Counted from the stretch's first letter, positions 1 to 10,906 are shown. The stretch is DNA of 64,000 nt from a bacterium (GCA_963651445.1 CAVJPU010000007.1:33-64032), one strand, 5' to 3'. Notes: generated by a model from the sequence alone, not told the origin. Numbers and translations are program-made.

Positions 1-1298
1 ATGACATGGTAATTCTCGACCTCGGTGACATAAAGGTCGATTTTTTCATAGGTGAAGTGATCGCCGACTTCTGGGAATCTGCCGAGTTTGTCGGTAATCC
101 AGCCAGAGACAGTCGCATAGTCATCATCTAACTTCTCATCTTCCAAATCGAAGAAGTCGAAGAAGTCATCCACCGACATCTCGGCACGGACGAGATAGAC
201 GTTGCGTTTCTGACCTTTGACGATGTCATCCGAGACTTTGTCTTGCTCGTCCCACATCTCGCCGACCAATTCTTCGAGTATGTCCTCCAAGGTCAATATG
301 CCTTCGGTTCCGCCGAATTCATCACGAATTAAACAGATGTGGTTCTTATTCTTCTTCATGATGGCCAAAGCGGAGCTGATTTCCATGGTTCTTGGAACCG
401 AAACGATAGGGATGATGTAGTCTTTGATATCAAACTTCTTGCCAGAGACAATGGCCCTAAGAACGGTCTTAGCTTGTATATAACCCACTATTTTGTCCAA
501 TCCACCTTTGCAAACAGGTATACGAGAATGGACAAACGCGTTCTTGTCTTTGATGAAATCCTGGAAGGAATTGTTCAGGTCATAGGCAAAGATCTTGACT
601 CTAGGGGTCATGATCTCATAACAGGAAGTATCTTTGAAATCGATGGAGTTCTGGATGATTTCAGACTGATCTTCGTCGATTAAGCCTTCATCTAAAATCT
701 CATCGACCATGACTTCCAATTCCTCATCGGATGCAACATCTTCTTCTTTGTCTTTCTTATCTACCAAAGGCTTAGCCATTTTCTGGGTGAGCCAGTTGAT
801 CGGCCAAACGAATGGGAAGAAGATGACTTTGTTGATATTCATGAACCAAACGAAAGCTTTCGCCGATTTAACCGGGTTCTTTCTGGCTAAGGTCTTTGGC
901 AAGATTTCGCCGAAGATAAGGATGATGGATATGGACACAATCGAGGTAATCAATGACGAAATGTCATCGGAAGAGAAGACGCCGGCGAAGATTTTCACGC
1001 CGATAACAGCCGCCAAAGAGGAAGCCAAGATGTTAACGAAGTCATTACCGAACAAGATAGTGGCAATGGTGAAGTCGAAGTTGTCGACCAATTTTAAAGC
1101 CGCGGCGGCTTTCTTGTTGCCTTCATCGGCTTCGCGTTTCAAACGGAGGCGATTCGCGGATGAATAAGTGGCATCCGAGAAGCTATACATGAAAGAGAAG
1201 GCGACCAAGATGATGAAGATAACAATGTAGATTGCCAACAAGTAAGTTGGCATCTCAAAGGTATTATCCGCGAAGATATTTAGGAGGTTTCTAATCAT
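1..1298 (-). CDS. CNNM/TlyC-family membrane protein (DUF21 - CBS pair - CorC_HlyC); 3' end cut by the window edge
   Basis: Own minus-strand translation from ATG at 1298 (MIRNLLNIFADN...). It has DUF21-type TM helices (GEILPKTLA), CBS-region motifs (EIMTPRV, LTLEDILEELVGE) and a CorC-like tail (VSGWITDKLGRFPEVGD). It is absent from the ORF track because it runs off the window. It forms an ATGA overlap with the upstream gene. Confidence 0.85.
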   Translation of the reverse strand, partial: MIRNLLNIFADNTFEMPTYLLAIYIVIFIILVAFSFMYSFSDATYSSANRLRLKREADEGNKKAAAALKLVDNFDFTIATILFGNDFVNILASSLAAVIGVKIFAGVFSSDDISSLITSIVSISIILIFGEILPKTLARKNPVKSAKAFVWFMNINKVIFFPFVWPINWLTQKMAKPLVDKKDKEEDVASDEELEVMVDEILDEGLIDEDQSEIIQNSIDFKDTSCYEIMTPRVKIFAYDLNNSFQDFIKDKNAFVHSRIPVCKGGLDKIVGYIQAKTVLRAIVSGKKFDIKDYIIPIVSVPRTMEISSALAIMKKNKNHICLIRDEFGGTEGILTLEDILEELVGEMWDEQDKVSDDIVKGQKRNVYLVRAEMSVDDFFDFFDLEDEKLDDDYATVSGWITDKLGRFPEVGDHFTYEKIDLYVTEVENYHV

Positions 1299-2290
1299 TT
1301 GCTAGCCTCCTTTGGAAGGTCGTAGACCTCATCGATGTCGCCGACTAATTCCTCCAATAAATCTTCCATGGTGACCAAACCTAAAAGCTCGTCTTTTTGT
1401 TTGACGATGGCTAGCTGGGTCTTATGGTTTCTAAAACCGTCCGCCAAGTCGTTAAGGCAGGTCTTAGGAGAGATGACATATGGCTTCTCAACAAAGTTGA
1501 GATAGTTAATTTTATTGTTGTTGATATAGGCCGCTAAGAAGGCTTTGACGATAAGGATGCCAATGATGTTATCCTTCTTTCCATAATATAAAGGAATACG
1601 CGAGAAAGAGGTGTCGCAGATTTTCTGGACCAACTTCTCAGTCGTTAATCCTTTGGTATCAATCGCGAACATCTTGTTTCTGGAAGTAAGGACTTCTTTG
1701 ACCTTCATGTCGCCCCAGTCGATGGAATTCTGGATGATTTCCGACTCGTTTTTCTCCAATAAGCCAGCATCTTCGTTCTGTTCGATGACCGAGACCAAGT
1801 CTTCTTCGGTGAAGTTCGGATTCTTCTTGGTTTTGAAGATTTTGGAAAGCAAAACATCCATTCCTTTAAAGACCATCATCAAAGGCCAGAAGAGGAAATA
1901 GAAGAAAACTAAAGGATAGGCCACGAGCGAGGCGATCTTATTCGGGATTTTGGCCGCGACTTGCTTAGGCAAGGTTTCGCCCAAGAAGTAAACGACGATG
2001 GTGACGACGATAGAGGCAATCAAAGAAGCTACGCCTTCTGGAAGGGTGGTTTTTAAAAAGAGATTGGTGAATAAGACAGAAGCGCCGGTGTTGACGATAT
2101 TGTTGCCGATAAGAATGGCGTTTAACGCCTTATCGAAACGATCGTAAATCCAAAGAACCGTCTTGCTGGTCTTATGACCATCGCGGGCTCCGACGGCAAA
2201 GCGAAAATGATTTAGCCTCTGGAAGGCTGTCTCGCTGGCTGAGAAAAATGCGCTAAAGAAGATAAAAACGAGACCTAGAATTGCACATAT
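1295..2290 (-). CDS. CNNM-family DUF21 - CBS pair protein (no CorC_HlyC tail); start codon unclear
   Basis: Track ORF 1295..2023 (TTG start) stays open in frame up to a stop at 2309-2311. The upstream part encodes the canonical DUF21 N-terminus (ICAILGLVFIFFSAFFSASETAF), yet no ATG/GTG/TTG lies in frame between 2023 and 2308. Confidence 0.8.
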   Translation of the reverse strand: MCAILGLVFIFFSAFFSASETAFQRLNHFRFAVGARDGHKTSKTVLWIYDRFDKALNAILIGNNIVNTGASVLFTNLFLKTTLPEGVASLIASIVVTIVVYFLGETLPKQVAAKIPNKIASLVAYPLVFFYFLFWPLMMVFKGMDVLLSKIFKTKKNPNFTEEDLVSVIEQNEDAGLLEKNESEIIQNSIDWGDMKVKEVLTSRNKMFAIDTKGLTTEKLVQKICDTSFSRIPLYYGKKDNIIGILIVKAFLAAYINNNKINYLNFVEKPYVISPKTCLNDLADGFRNHKTQLAIVKQKDELLGLVTMEDLLEELVGDIDEVYDLPKEASK

Positions 2291-2334
2291 TAAGGGGTCC
2301 GTTTTACATCAACTCGCTTTCTTGAAACGTAAAG

Positions 2335-2363
2335 ATATTACCATAGCTCTTGAGGAATATCAA
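2335..2363 (-). promoter_or_regulatory. sigma70-type promoter for the CNNM gene pair
   Basis: Minus strand reads TTGATA - 17 nt - TAATAT, about 45 nt upstream of the DUF21 N-terminus. Confidence 0.55.
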
Positions 2364-2405
2364 AAAATCCAATGGTTTTATAATGTACACGCATAGCGTG
2401 ACTAA

Positions 2406-3167
2406 TCAATCTTCGTCATCTTTCTTGCCAAGCTGTGGCTCAAAATCTTTTAATGGGGCAACCCAATCGCGTTCGTAGATATCGCCGATGGTGATGTTGT
2501 CTTTCCTACAAGCGTCGGATAAAAGCTGTTTGGCACGTCTTACCGATAAAGGAGATCTTACCTTGAAAGCGCAAGGAATTTCCTTATAGATATGCTTCAA
2601 TCCAGCATCGATAACAGGAATGCCCGAATTGGCGTAAGATTCAGGTTTTAAGGCAAAGTAGCATTTCAAAGAATTGCCAGCAATGGAGATTTTCATATAG
2701 GTTTTAGTATGCAGTCTAAAGGTATCACCCGTATTGGAAAGACGAGATTTTAAGCCATAAGCCAAGGCTTCGGCCTTCAATTGGTTATAACATTCCTTAA
2801 GGGTGTCATCGGCTTCCAGCATCCTGGTTGGGAACGGAATTCGTTCAGGATATTGGGTCTTTTCTTCAGATTCGATGGTGGTGATCTTTTTGTTTTGGCT
2901 GATTACCTTCAAAAACGGTTCGGCTGCCGCATTATCGCCAACTTCGGCCAAAAGTTTGGCCAATTCCTCTTTGAAGATTCTTCTGACATCAGCTTCCGTC
3001 ATCATGTTTTTCTTCATGTTGGCGAGAAGTTCTTCTTGTTCGAGTTCGTGCTCGTATAATTCGCGATAAGAGTTATTGAAGTGCCTCTTGCTCACGTTGT
3101 TGATGGGGACGTCGGAATTGTCTTCTTGTTTTTTTCTGATTGGCATTTTCTTTTTAAAAAGAGACAT
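2406..3167 (-). CDS. hypothetical protein (charged N-terminal half, conserved-looking C-terminal domain)
   Basis: Track ORF 2406..3230. The likely start is ATG 3167 (MSLFKKKMPIRKK), preceded by GGAG. No family recognised. Confidence 0.6.
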   Translation of the reverse strand: MSLFKKKMPIRKKQEDNSDVPINNVSKRHFNNSYRELYEHELEQEELLANMKKNMMTEADVRRIFKEELAKLLAEVGDNAAAEPFLKVISQNKKITTIESEEKTQYPERIPFPTRMLEADDTLKECYNQLKAEALAYGLKSRLSNTGDTFRLHTKTYMKISIAGNSLKCYFALKPESYANSGIPVIDAGLKHIYKEIPCAFKVRSPLSVRRAKQLLSDACRKDNITIGDIYERDWVAPLKDFEPQLGKKDDED

Positions 3168-3291
3168 TGCTACTCCTTGAAATGAAAAGTGTCTTAGCTG
3201 ATAAGTGTATTTTATCCAAAAAAGTGGCAAATAATAAAGAACTAATTGTGAAGATTTTTGGATTTTGAGAACAAAATAAGGCTAAACGCTA

Positions 3292-4908
<1,617 letters not shown>

Positions 4909-4978
4909 CTATGTTTTACATGTCCCTAATTCTATCCACAGACCCTTTTAAATCTCAATGATTATTAGTTTAGGCAAG

Positions 4979-5001
4979 AAAAAAGCCCGATTGAATCGGG
5001 C
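4979..5001 (-). terminator. rho-independent terminator after tRNA-Gly(GCC)
   Basis: Hairpin gcccgattgaatcgggc followed by a T-run on the minus strand. Confidence 0.6.
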
Positions 5002-5013
5002 ATTAATTTGCAC

Positions 5014-5089
5014 TGGAGCAGGTGACGGGAATCGGACCCGCGTATCTACCTTGGCAAGGTAGTGTTCTACCATTGAACTACACCTGCGC
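5014..5089 (-). tRNA. tRNA-Gly (anticodon GCC), CCA encoded
   Basis: Hand-folded cloverleaf: acceptor GCGCAGG/CCTGCTC region, anticodon loop TTGCCAA. The T-loop reads TCCGATT, so position 55 is C rather than the usual T. Confidence 0.85.
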
Positions 5090-5105
5090 TTTTTGGCGCT
5101 TGGTT

Positions 5106-5134
5106 ATTATATAAAAACGAAACTTCGATATCAA
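5106..5134 (-). promoter_or_regulatory. promoter for tRNA-Gly(GCC)
   Basis: Minus strand reads TTGATA - 17 nt - TATAAT, about 17 nt upstream of the mature tRNA 5' end. Confidence 0.55.
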
Positions 5135-5190
5135 GTAGAAGAATAATGCTAATGAGCATATAATGCTTAAGTCCATTAAGGAGGGAATTT

Positions 5191-6858
5191 ATGGCCACTT
5201 ATTCAGATTTGGCGGAATTGTTGTTCCCTGATATTACCAAAACCATTGAAGATTTAGAAAAAGAATACCCAGCAAGAGATTTGCCAGAGGGAGCGGAGGT
5301 CACTCGTTTCGCCCCATCCCCGACCGGATTCTTGCACACCGGATCGTTGTTCACATCCATGATCGCTTACACCATCGCTAAGGAAACCCACGGTGTTTAT
5401 ATGTTCCGTTTGGAAGATACTGACACCAAGCGCACCATTCCTGGCTCGGCTAAGGATTTGATCACCCAATTGAAGGTCTTCGGCATCGAAGCCGATGAGG
5501 GATACTTCCCAGAAGGCGATAAAGGCAACTATGGCCCTTATCAGCAGTCTGTCCGTAAGGATATCTACCGCACCGTCATCAAGCACTTGGTGGCCGAAGG
5601 CAAAGCCTATCCAGATTTCTGCACCACCGAGGATTTAGAGAAGATCCGCGCTTTCCAGGAAGCCAATAAGATCCTTCCGGGTTATTATGGCGCCTACGCC
5701 AGAGACCGTAATCTCACCGTCGATGAGCAAATCGCCAACATCAAAGCCGGCAAGCCATGGGTCATCCGTTTCCGTTCTAATGGAGACCATGATTCCAAGA
5801 CTTCTTTCGTCGATGAAATCCGCGGAAAGATCGAACTTCAGGAAAACGATGTCGATATCGTCATTTTGAAATCCGATGGACTTCCTACCTATCATTTCGC
5901 CCACGTGGTCGATGACCATTTCATGCATACCACCATCGTCACTCGTGGCGAGGAATGGATCCCATCCACCCCAATCCATTTGGAATTATTCGCCGCGTTA
6001 GGCTGGAAAACGCCGAAATACGCCCATCTTCCGGTTATCATGAAATTAGACCATGGCAATAAGAGAAAGCTTTCGAAGAGAAAGGACGCCGAAGCGGCCG
6101 TCTCCTTCTTCCTTAAGGAAGGCTTCCCGCCTCAGGGTGTCCTAGTCTACCTCATGTCCATCGCCAACTCCAACTTCGAGGAATGGTCAATCGAGAACAA
6201 TTCCTTAGATATCTCTAAATTTACTTTCTCCTTATCCAAAATGTCCTTGGATGGGGCGTTGTTCGATGAAAACAAGCTCATCTACTTCTGCAAAGAAGTC
6301 TTAGCCAAGATTCCAGCCAAGGACTTGCTAAGCCCTGTCACCGAATGGGCCAAGGAATATCAGCCAGCCTTATATGAGAAAATTGCTGCCAACCCATCTT
6401 ATTTCGAAAAGATCTTAGGCATCGAGAAAGATAGGCCGAACCCACGCAAGGACTATGGCAAGTTCTCCGACATTGAGGCCTTGACTCGTTTCTTCTTCAA
6501 AGATGGATATGAAGAAATCGTTTCCAATGGATATCCATTCAATGAGAAGCATAGCAAAGAGTTCTTAGCTTCCTTCTGTGAGGAATTAGCCTCCAACATG
6601 TTATTCGACGTCGATGAATCCACCTGGTGGAATTCCGTCAAGGAAATTGCCTCTAAAAACAACTTCGCCGTTAATAATAAGGAATATAAGGCCAATCCAG
6701 AGGCCTTCAGAGGCAATGTAGCCGACGCCGCGGAAATCCTCCGTATCGCCTTGACCGGCGGCAAGATGTCCCCAAATATGCACGAGATCATCGAAATCTT
6801 AGGCAAAGAAGAGGTCATTCGCCGTCTTAAGGAAGTCTCTGCCAGCTTATCCAAGTAG
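5191..6858 (+). CDS. gltX: glutamate--tRNA ligase (class I GlxRS)
   Basis: 555 aa. HIGH-type motif PSPTGFLHTGS, KMSKS-type motif KLSKRK, RBS AAGGAGG upstream. Discriminating versus non-discriminating specificity cannot be judged by eye. Confidence 0.92.
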   Translation: MATYSDLAELLFPDITKTIEDLEKEYPARDLPEGAEVTRFAPSPTGFLHTGSLFTSMIAYTIAKETHGVYMFRLEDTDTKRTIPGSAKDLITQLKVFGIEADEGYFPEGDKGNYGPYQQSVRKDIYRTVIKHLVAEGKAYPDFCTTEDLEKIRAFQEANKILPGYYGAYARDRNLTVDEQIANIKAGKPWVIRFRSNGDHDSKTSFVDEIRGKIELQENDVDIVILKSDGLPTYHFAHVVDDHFMHTTIVTRGEEWIPSTPIHLELFAALGWKTPKYAHLPVIMKLDHGNKRKLSKRKDAEAAVSFFLKEGFPPQGVLVYLMSIANSNFEEWSIENNSLDISKFTFSLSKMSLDGALFDENKLIYFCKEVLAKIPAKDLLSPVTEWAKEYQPALYEKIAANPSYFEKILGIEKDRPNPRKDYGKFSDIEALTRFFFKDGYEEIVSNGYPFNEKHSKEFLASFCEELASNMLFDVDESTWWNSVKEIASKNNFAVNNKEYKANPEAFRGNVADAAEILRIALTGGKMSPNMHEIIEILGKEEVIRRLKEVSASLSK

Positions 6859-6902
6859 TTATACTTGATTAACTGGCCGCTTAATGGTTAAATACTTTTC
6901 GC

Positions 6903-6977
6903 GGCCCTGTGGTCAAGCGGCTAAGACGCAACCCTCTCAAGGTTGAATCCCGGGTTCGATTCCCGGCTGGGTCACCA
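6903..6977 (+). tRNA. tRNA-Glu (anticodon CUC), CCA encoded
   Basis: Cloverleaf closely resembles Gram-positive tRNA-Glu (GGCCC.. TGGTCAAGCGG .. GGGTCACCA). Anticodon loop CTCTCAA. One U-U mismatch in the acceptor stem. Confidence 0.88.
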
Positions 6978-6989
6978 ATGAAAAGTATA

Positions 6990-7017
6990 GGCTTGGTATA
7001 AGCGCCAAGCCTTTTTT
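6990..7017 (+). terminator. terminator of the gltX-tRNA-Glu unit
   Basis: ggcttgg-N8-ccaagcc followed by TTTTTT. Confidence 0.7.
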
Positions 7018-7073
7018 CATGCTTAAAGAGATTTTCAAAAAGCGTATTGATAACTTAACAAAGCCGAAATAAA

Positions 7074-7098
7074 AGACCCTCTAGTGAGGGTCTTTTTA
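7074..7098 (-). terminator. terminator after the Cthe_2159-like lipoprotein gene (bidirectional shape)
   Basis: agaccctc-tagt-gagggtct flanked by an A-run and a T-run. Confidence 0.6.
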
Positions 7099-7103
7099 GA
7101 CAT

Positions 7104-9206
7104 TTATTTCTTGATGCTTAAGACTTTCGATCCATCACGGTTCACGTTGTATGAGCTACCGGAAATAAATTGATCAGACCAGAAGATATAGGCTTTATAG
7201 GTGCTTTCTAAGGACCAGGCCACGATCTCCGTATTTGAAGAATCGGTAATGGTGTAGGAACCTGCGCTTAATGAAGTCGAGGTATTATAGATGGAACCCG
7301 ACACGGTTTCGCCGATTTGGCCGCAAGCCACAAGGGTTCCGCCAGTAACGGAAATCGTGGAATCGACATCTAAGGTTCCACCGCTCATGGACTGACCACC
7401 ATTGGAGCCGTTTCTAAGAATGGCTACACCACCAGTCATAACGAAGTTGCCGTTGGAATCGATGGTATCCGTATCGCCGCTAGGAACGGTGACATCGGTT
7501 CTACCGCCGGTGATTTTGACTAATGGGGTAGAAGAACCACTGTCCGAAGCATTGATGCCATCATCCGAAGCATACAAGGTGGATTCCCCACCATCGATGA
7601 TAACTTGGTTACCTTCGAAGGCTTCATAAGATTTGGTGACTTTGATAGTCCCGCCGGTGACATTCAAATCTTGATCGGCTTTGACGCCGTCATCATCGGA
7701 GGCGATGGTGATGGTTCCGCCGGAGATGTTGATGTTGCCCTTCCCATTGGCGTTCGTGGACTCCAAGACATTGTCATTGTTAGAATGGAGGCCATCGTCC
7801 CTGGAAGTGATATTGATGGTTCCGCCGGAGATGTTGATTTCATTGTCGGCTTTGATGCCTTTGCAAGAATAATCCAAGCCATCGGAACCGCTGGAAGTAG
7901 CAAAGGAACTCCAGCCGTTGCAGATCATGCTCGTTCCGTAAATCTGCGAGACCTGATAGGTATCACCGCTTGTTGGAATGGTCGTATTGGATGTGGTTTT
8001 GGCCACATAGTTCTCGGATTGTCCCTGAGTTTGGGTGGAATTATAGGCGTAGAACACGACGTTGGTCATATTGGACGGCTTTTCGACTTTGTAATAGTAG
8101 TAAGTCGAATTCCCACCGCCTTGGCCTCCACGGCCTCCGCCAGGGCCACCGCCTCCTGGACCGCCTTGGTTGGATTCAACCGCCTTATAGAATTCGAGGT
8201 TGGACCAAGCCGAAGCGCCGGAAGTATTGCTGAAATAAGCGGAATACTTGTAGTTTTTCGAATAAAGAGAATACGGCAAGCGGAGATAGAGAAGACTTTG
8301 GCTGGTGGTAGTCGCATCGCCGGTATAAGAAGAATACTTATCGGTGAAGATATTCACTTCGCCACCGGAGATAACTACGTCGGAAGCCGAATCGATTCCG
8401 TCTTGGGCGGCATAGCAATTAAGCACCGAGCCTTCCGTGATGGTGATAACGCCACGTTGCTCATTGTTTTTGTTGGTGTCGGTCGCGTTGCTCTTTAAGG
8501 CATCGCCGCCGGAAGAAACAGCCACGATATTTGCCGATTCGATATCAATTGAGTCATTGCCCTTAATCGCGTTGTTAACGGCTTTGGTTTGCAAGGTGAG
8601 ATTCTTGATTTCCAAATCATCCTTGCCATGAATGCCGTTGTTGTAGTTGGAGATAACGCTTAAGGTGCCTTTGCCTTTGATGGTAAGGTCGCATTCAGAA
8701 TGAATGGCCGCGCCACCTAAAGTCGAATTCTCATCGGTATCGACTTCTCTTAAGTCGTAGACTTTGTTCTCAGTGCCTTTTTTAGCCGAAATATCGACTT
8801 CATCGGCATCGATGATATAGATAGGCGAATTGGCAGAGTTGCTAATGGTGACCCCGTTCAAATCGATTTCCACCGCCGCGTCAGGGGCGTTGACCGCCAG
8901 CTGACCTTCGATCAATTTGCCGGTGCAGGAATAGCTTCCAGCCGCCGTAATTGTGTAGGTGTTTGAGTCTTTATCGTATGTGTAGCCGTCAACGACCTCG
9001 GTTGTGATAGCAAAATCCGAGGTTTCCCCACTTGAAATATCGACATCCGAATCAAAGCCCCAATCAATGGAGGTTGAGGAAGTGTCTGTTGGCGTAGTGG
9101 AAGAACCGTCGTTTCCAGACTCGCTAGAATTATTGCCGAAGCTACAACCCGCTAAGAGAAACGAGGCGCTTAAAGTTAATAAGAGAGATATTTGTTTATT
9201 GTTCAT
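7104..9206 (-). CDS. surface lipoprotein, Cthe_2159-like carbohydrate-binding beta-helix family (PF14262-like)
   Basis: Lipobox LLAGC. Family-typical N-terminus TYTITAAGSYSCTGKL..LNGVTISNSANSPIYI and repeated DG(I/L)xS..D..I.GG..I turns. Start chosen at ATG 9206 after AAGAGGA; the track ORF extends to 9284. A Gly-rich insert (GGPGGGGPGGGRGGQGGG) lies mid-protein. Confidence 0.8.
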   Translation of the reverse strand: MNNKQISLLLTLSASFLLAGCSFGNNSSESGNDGSSTTPTDTSSTSIDWGFDSDVDISSGETSDFAITTEVVDGYTYDKDSNTYTITAAGSYSCTGKLIEGQLAVNAPDAAVEIDLNGVTISNSANSPIYIIDADEVDISAKKGTENKVYDLREVDTDENSTLGGAAIHSECDLTIKGKGTLSVISNYNNGIHGKDDLEIKNLTLQTKAVNNAIKGNDSIDIESANIVAVSSGGDALKSNATDTNKNNEQRGVITITEGSVLNCYAAQDGIDSASDVVISGGEVNIFTDKYSSYTGDATTTSQSLLYLRLPYSLYSKNYKYSAYFSNTSGASAWSNLEFYKAVESNQGGPGGGGPGGGRGGQGGGNSTYYYYKVEKPSNMTNVVFYAYNSTQTQGQSENYVAKTTSNTTIPTSGDTYQVSQIYGTSMICNGWSSFATSSGSDGLDYSCKGIKADNEINISGGTINITSRDDGLHSNNDNVLESTNANGKGNINISGGTITIASDDDGVKADQDLNVTGGTIKVTKSYEAFEGNQVIIDGGESTLYASDDGINASDSGSSTPLVKITGGRTDVTVPSGDTDTIDSNGNFVMTGGVAILRNGSNGGQSMSGGTLDVDSTISVTGGTLVACGQIGETVSGSIYNTSTSLSAGSYTITDSSNTEIVAWSLESTYKAYIFWSDQFISGSSYNVNRDGSKVLSIKK

Positions 9207-10287
9207 GATTGTCATCCTCTTTCTTTTTATCGACGCTATCATCGTTCGATTTAGAGGAATTGCAATCTTTATTTTCATCTTCAATCATTTTTTCGAACTC
9301 TTTGAGCTGTCTAGCCACTTCAACCTGGTCATCTTCGCTTAAAACGTCCTTGCATTCAGGGTCGCTGAAGACTTCCTTGGATTTGTTATAAAGGAACTTG
9401 ATCATCATCATGCCGTAAGGTTCTTGCATCAAATGCAAGGCATGGGCGTAATATCCGTAGCATAACGATAATAAGACAACCGCTAGACCAACGCCGAAGA
9501 TGACTTGCTGGGACATCGTGATATCAGGAATCAAGCCTGATAGGAAATATCCGCCTACCCCACTTAGAATTTCGATGATAAGTAACGGATAAAGCATCCC
9601 GTAATAGACTTTGAAGAACTGTTTCCAATGGGCGCGGATGGAATGGGTATAAAGGCTATTTAATTGTCTTTGGTTCAAGTCATCGGAAGGAGCGGCTGTT
9701 CTAACCAAAGCATTCAATCCATAAACGCCGAAGGAATGGATGAAGATAAGGAAGAAGACGACGAATTCAGTCATTGAGCAGACGCTTAGCATCTTAGTCA
9801 ATGGAGATTCCACCGATAATAATTTGGTCAATCCATCGGTGTTACCATTCGAAATATAGAAATACACCTGGTTCATCAAAGTGGACAATTCGGCGTTATT
9901 GACCGAAACGACATAATAATAGATGAATCCGGTCACCACGCCCGATAACACGCCGACCAACAGGCTGATGAAATAATTCCTAATCAAACGATAGGAACCA
10001 AAGACTACGCCGCGGTAATACATGCCAAATGAAGCAAAGAACAAGGACGGAGCCGATACTTCATTGGCTTTCTTATCGGCAATCATGATCATTGAGGCAT
10101 AGGCCCATGGAATTAAGATGAAGGGGATAAGAAGATATAGGAGGCTACTCATAAAGAGAGCGGCCGCAAAGGTTGCTAAGCTAACCAAGGCCAAGTTCAA
10201 AGAGAAGACGAAGGTGCTCCTTTTATTTTCCTTCATGTCTTCGATGACGGCTTTGGGATTAAATTTTCTCTTCTTTATTTCTGGCAT
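9196..10287 (-). CDS. polytopic membrane protein with acidic/Lys-rich C-terminal tail, function unknown
   Basis: 363-aa ORF with several hydrophobic helices. The tail reads ...EDENKDCNSSKSNDDSVDKKKEDDNHEQ. Start uncertain: no clear SD, and it overlaps the upstream gene by 29 nt. Confidence 0.65.
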   Translation of the reverse strand: MPEIKKRKFNPKAVIEDMKENKRSTFVFSLNLALVSLATFAAALFMSSLLYLLIPFILIPWAYASMIMIADKKANEVSAPSLFFASFGMYYRGVVFGSYRLIRNYFISLLVGVLSGVVTGFIYYYVVSVNNAELSTLMNQVYFYISNGNTDGLTKLLSVESPLTKMLSVCSMTEFVVFFLIFIHSFGVYGLNALVRTAAPSDDLNQRQLNSLYTHSIRAHWKQFFKVYYGMLYPLLIIEILSGVGGYFLSGLIPDITMSQQVIFGVGLAVVLLSLCYGYYAHALHLMQEPYGMMMIKFLYNKSKEVFSDPECKDVLSEDDQVEVARQLKEFEKMIEDENKDCNSSKSNDDSVDKKKEDDNHEQ

Positions 10288-10900
10288 TGTTTTTCTTTTC
10301 GGCGAATAGTTCGATCAATCGATTCATTCCCTTTTCATCGAAGTTTCCGATATCCTGGGATTCATAGGAATTAATGAGCTTTTCCAATTTGGAAAGGGTG
10401 ACTAGGTTTTCTTTTTTGGAGGCGTTCTTTATTGGGGAGATAAAACAATCGTTGTTGATCAAGACGATGGTCACCATATAGGCAGGGTCAATGGAATTGG
10501 CCACCGCGAAATATTCGGTGATCTTCTTGGATTTCTTGATGGGGTTGGTTATTTTGACCTTGGTCTTATCCATTTTGTGATAAATCCAATAGTCATCTTC
10601 CAAAGAAGCGTCCACCGCCCCTTCGAAATAATAATCATAGATTAGGTAGATGTATTTGTTGCCTAATAGCAAGTGGTCGACGGAAGGGGAATATTCATCT
10701 TCCGGATGGACCTTGAATTCATTGATGAGGTAATAATCGCGATAATTGGCGATTTTGATGATTTTCTTATAGAAGGCTTGTTTTGGATGTTTACGCATCC
10801 ACTTTTTAAGAATGATGGGATAAATAATCCAAAAGAGAAACGCCAATACGACGAGGACAAACAAAACAATCCAAATGGCTAAACGAATCTCTTTCGGCAT
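10259..10900 (-). CDS. membrane-anchored NERD (nuclease-related) domain protein
   Basis: N-terminal TM helix, then the NERD-like core ..SVDHLLLGNKYIYLIYDYYFEGAV..DDYWIY. Family assignment is by motif resemblance only. Confidence 0.5.
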   Translation of the reverse strand: MPKEIRLAIWIVLFVLVVLAFLFWIIYPIILKKWMRKHPKQAFYKKIIKIANYRDYYLINEFKVHPEDEYSPSVDHLLLGNKYIYLIYDYYFEGAVDASLEDDYWIYHKMDKTKVKITNPIKKSKKITEYFAVANSIDPAYMVTIVLINNDCFISPIKNASKKENLVTLSKLEKLINSYESQDIGNFDEKGMNRLIELFAEKKNNARNKEEKI

Positions 10901-10906
10901 ATTCTT

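Noticed and set aside
5090-5190. T-box riboswitch in front of gltX.
   Set aside because: The leader is only ~100 nt and is largely occupied by the divergent tRNA-Gly promoter. No specifier or T-box sequence was seen.
7605-8498. 297-aa plus-strand ORF, plus many similar ones in the track: 15439-16032, 27855-28478, 43343-43825, 45555-46094, 49287-49862 and 339-683.
   Set aside because: All lie antisense to, or out of frame inside, long well-supported genes. They have low-complexity or repetitive translations, no SD and no recognisable motifs. They are typical shadow ORFs.
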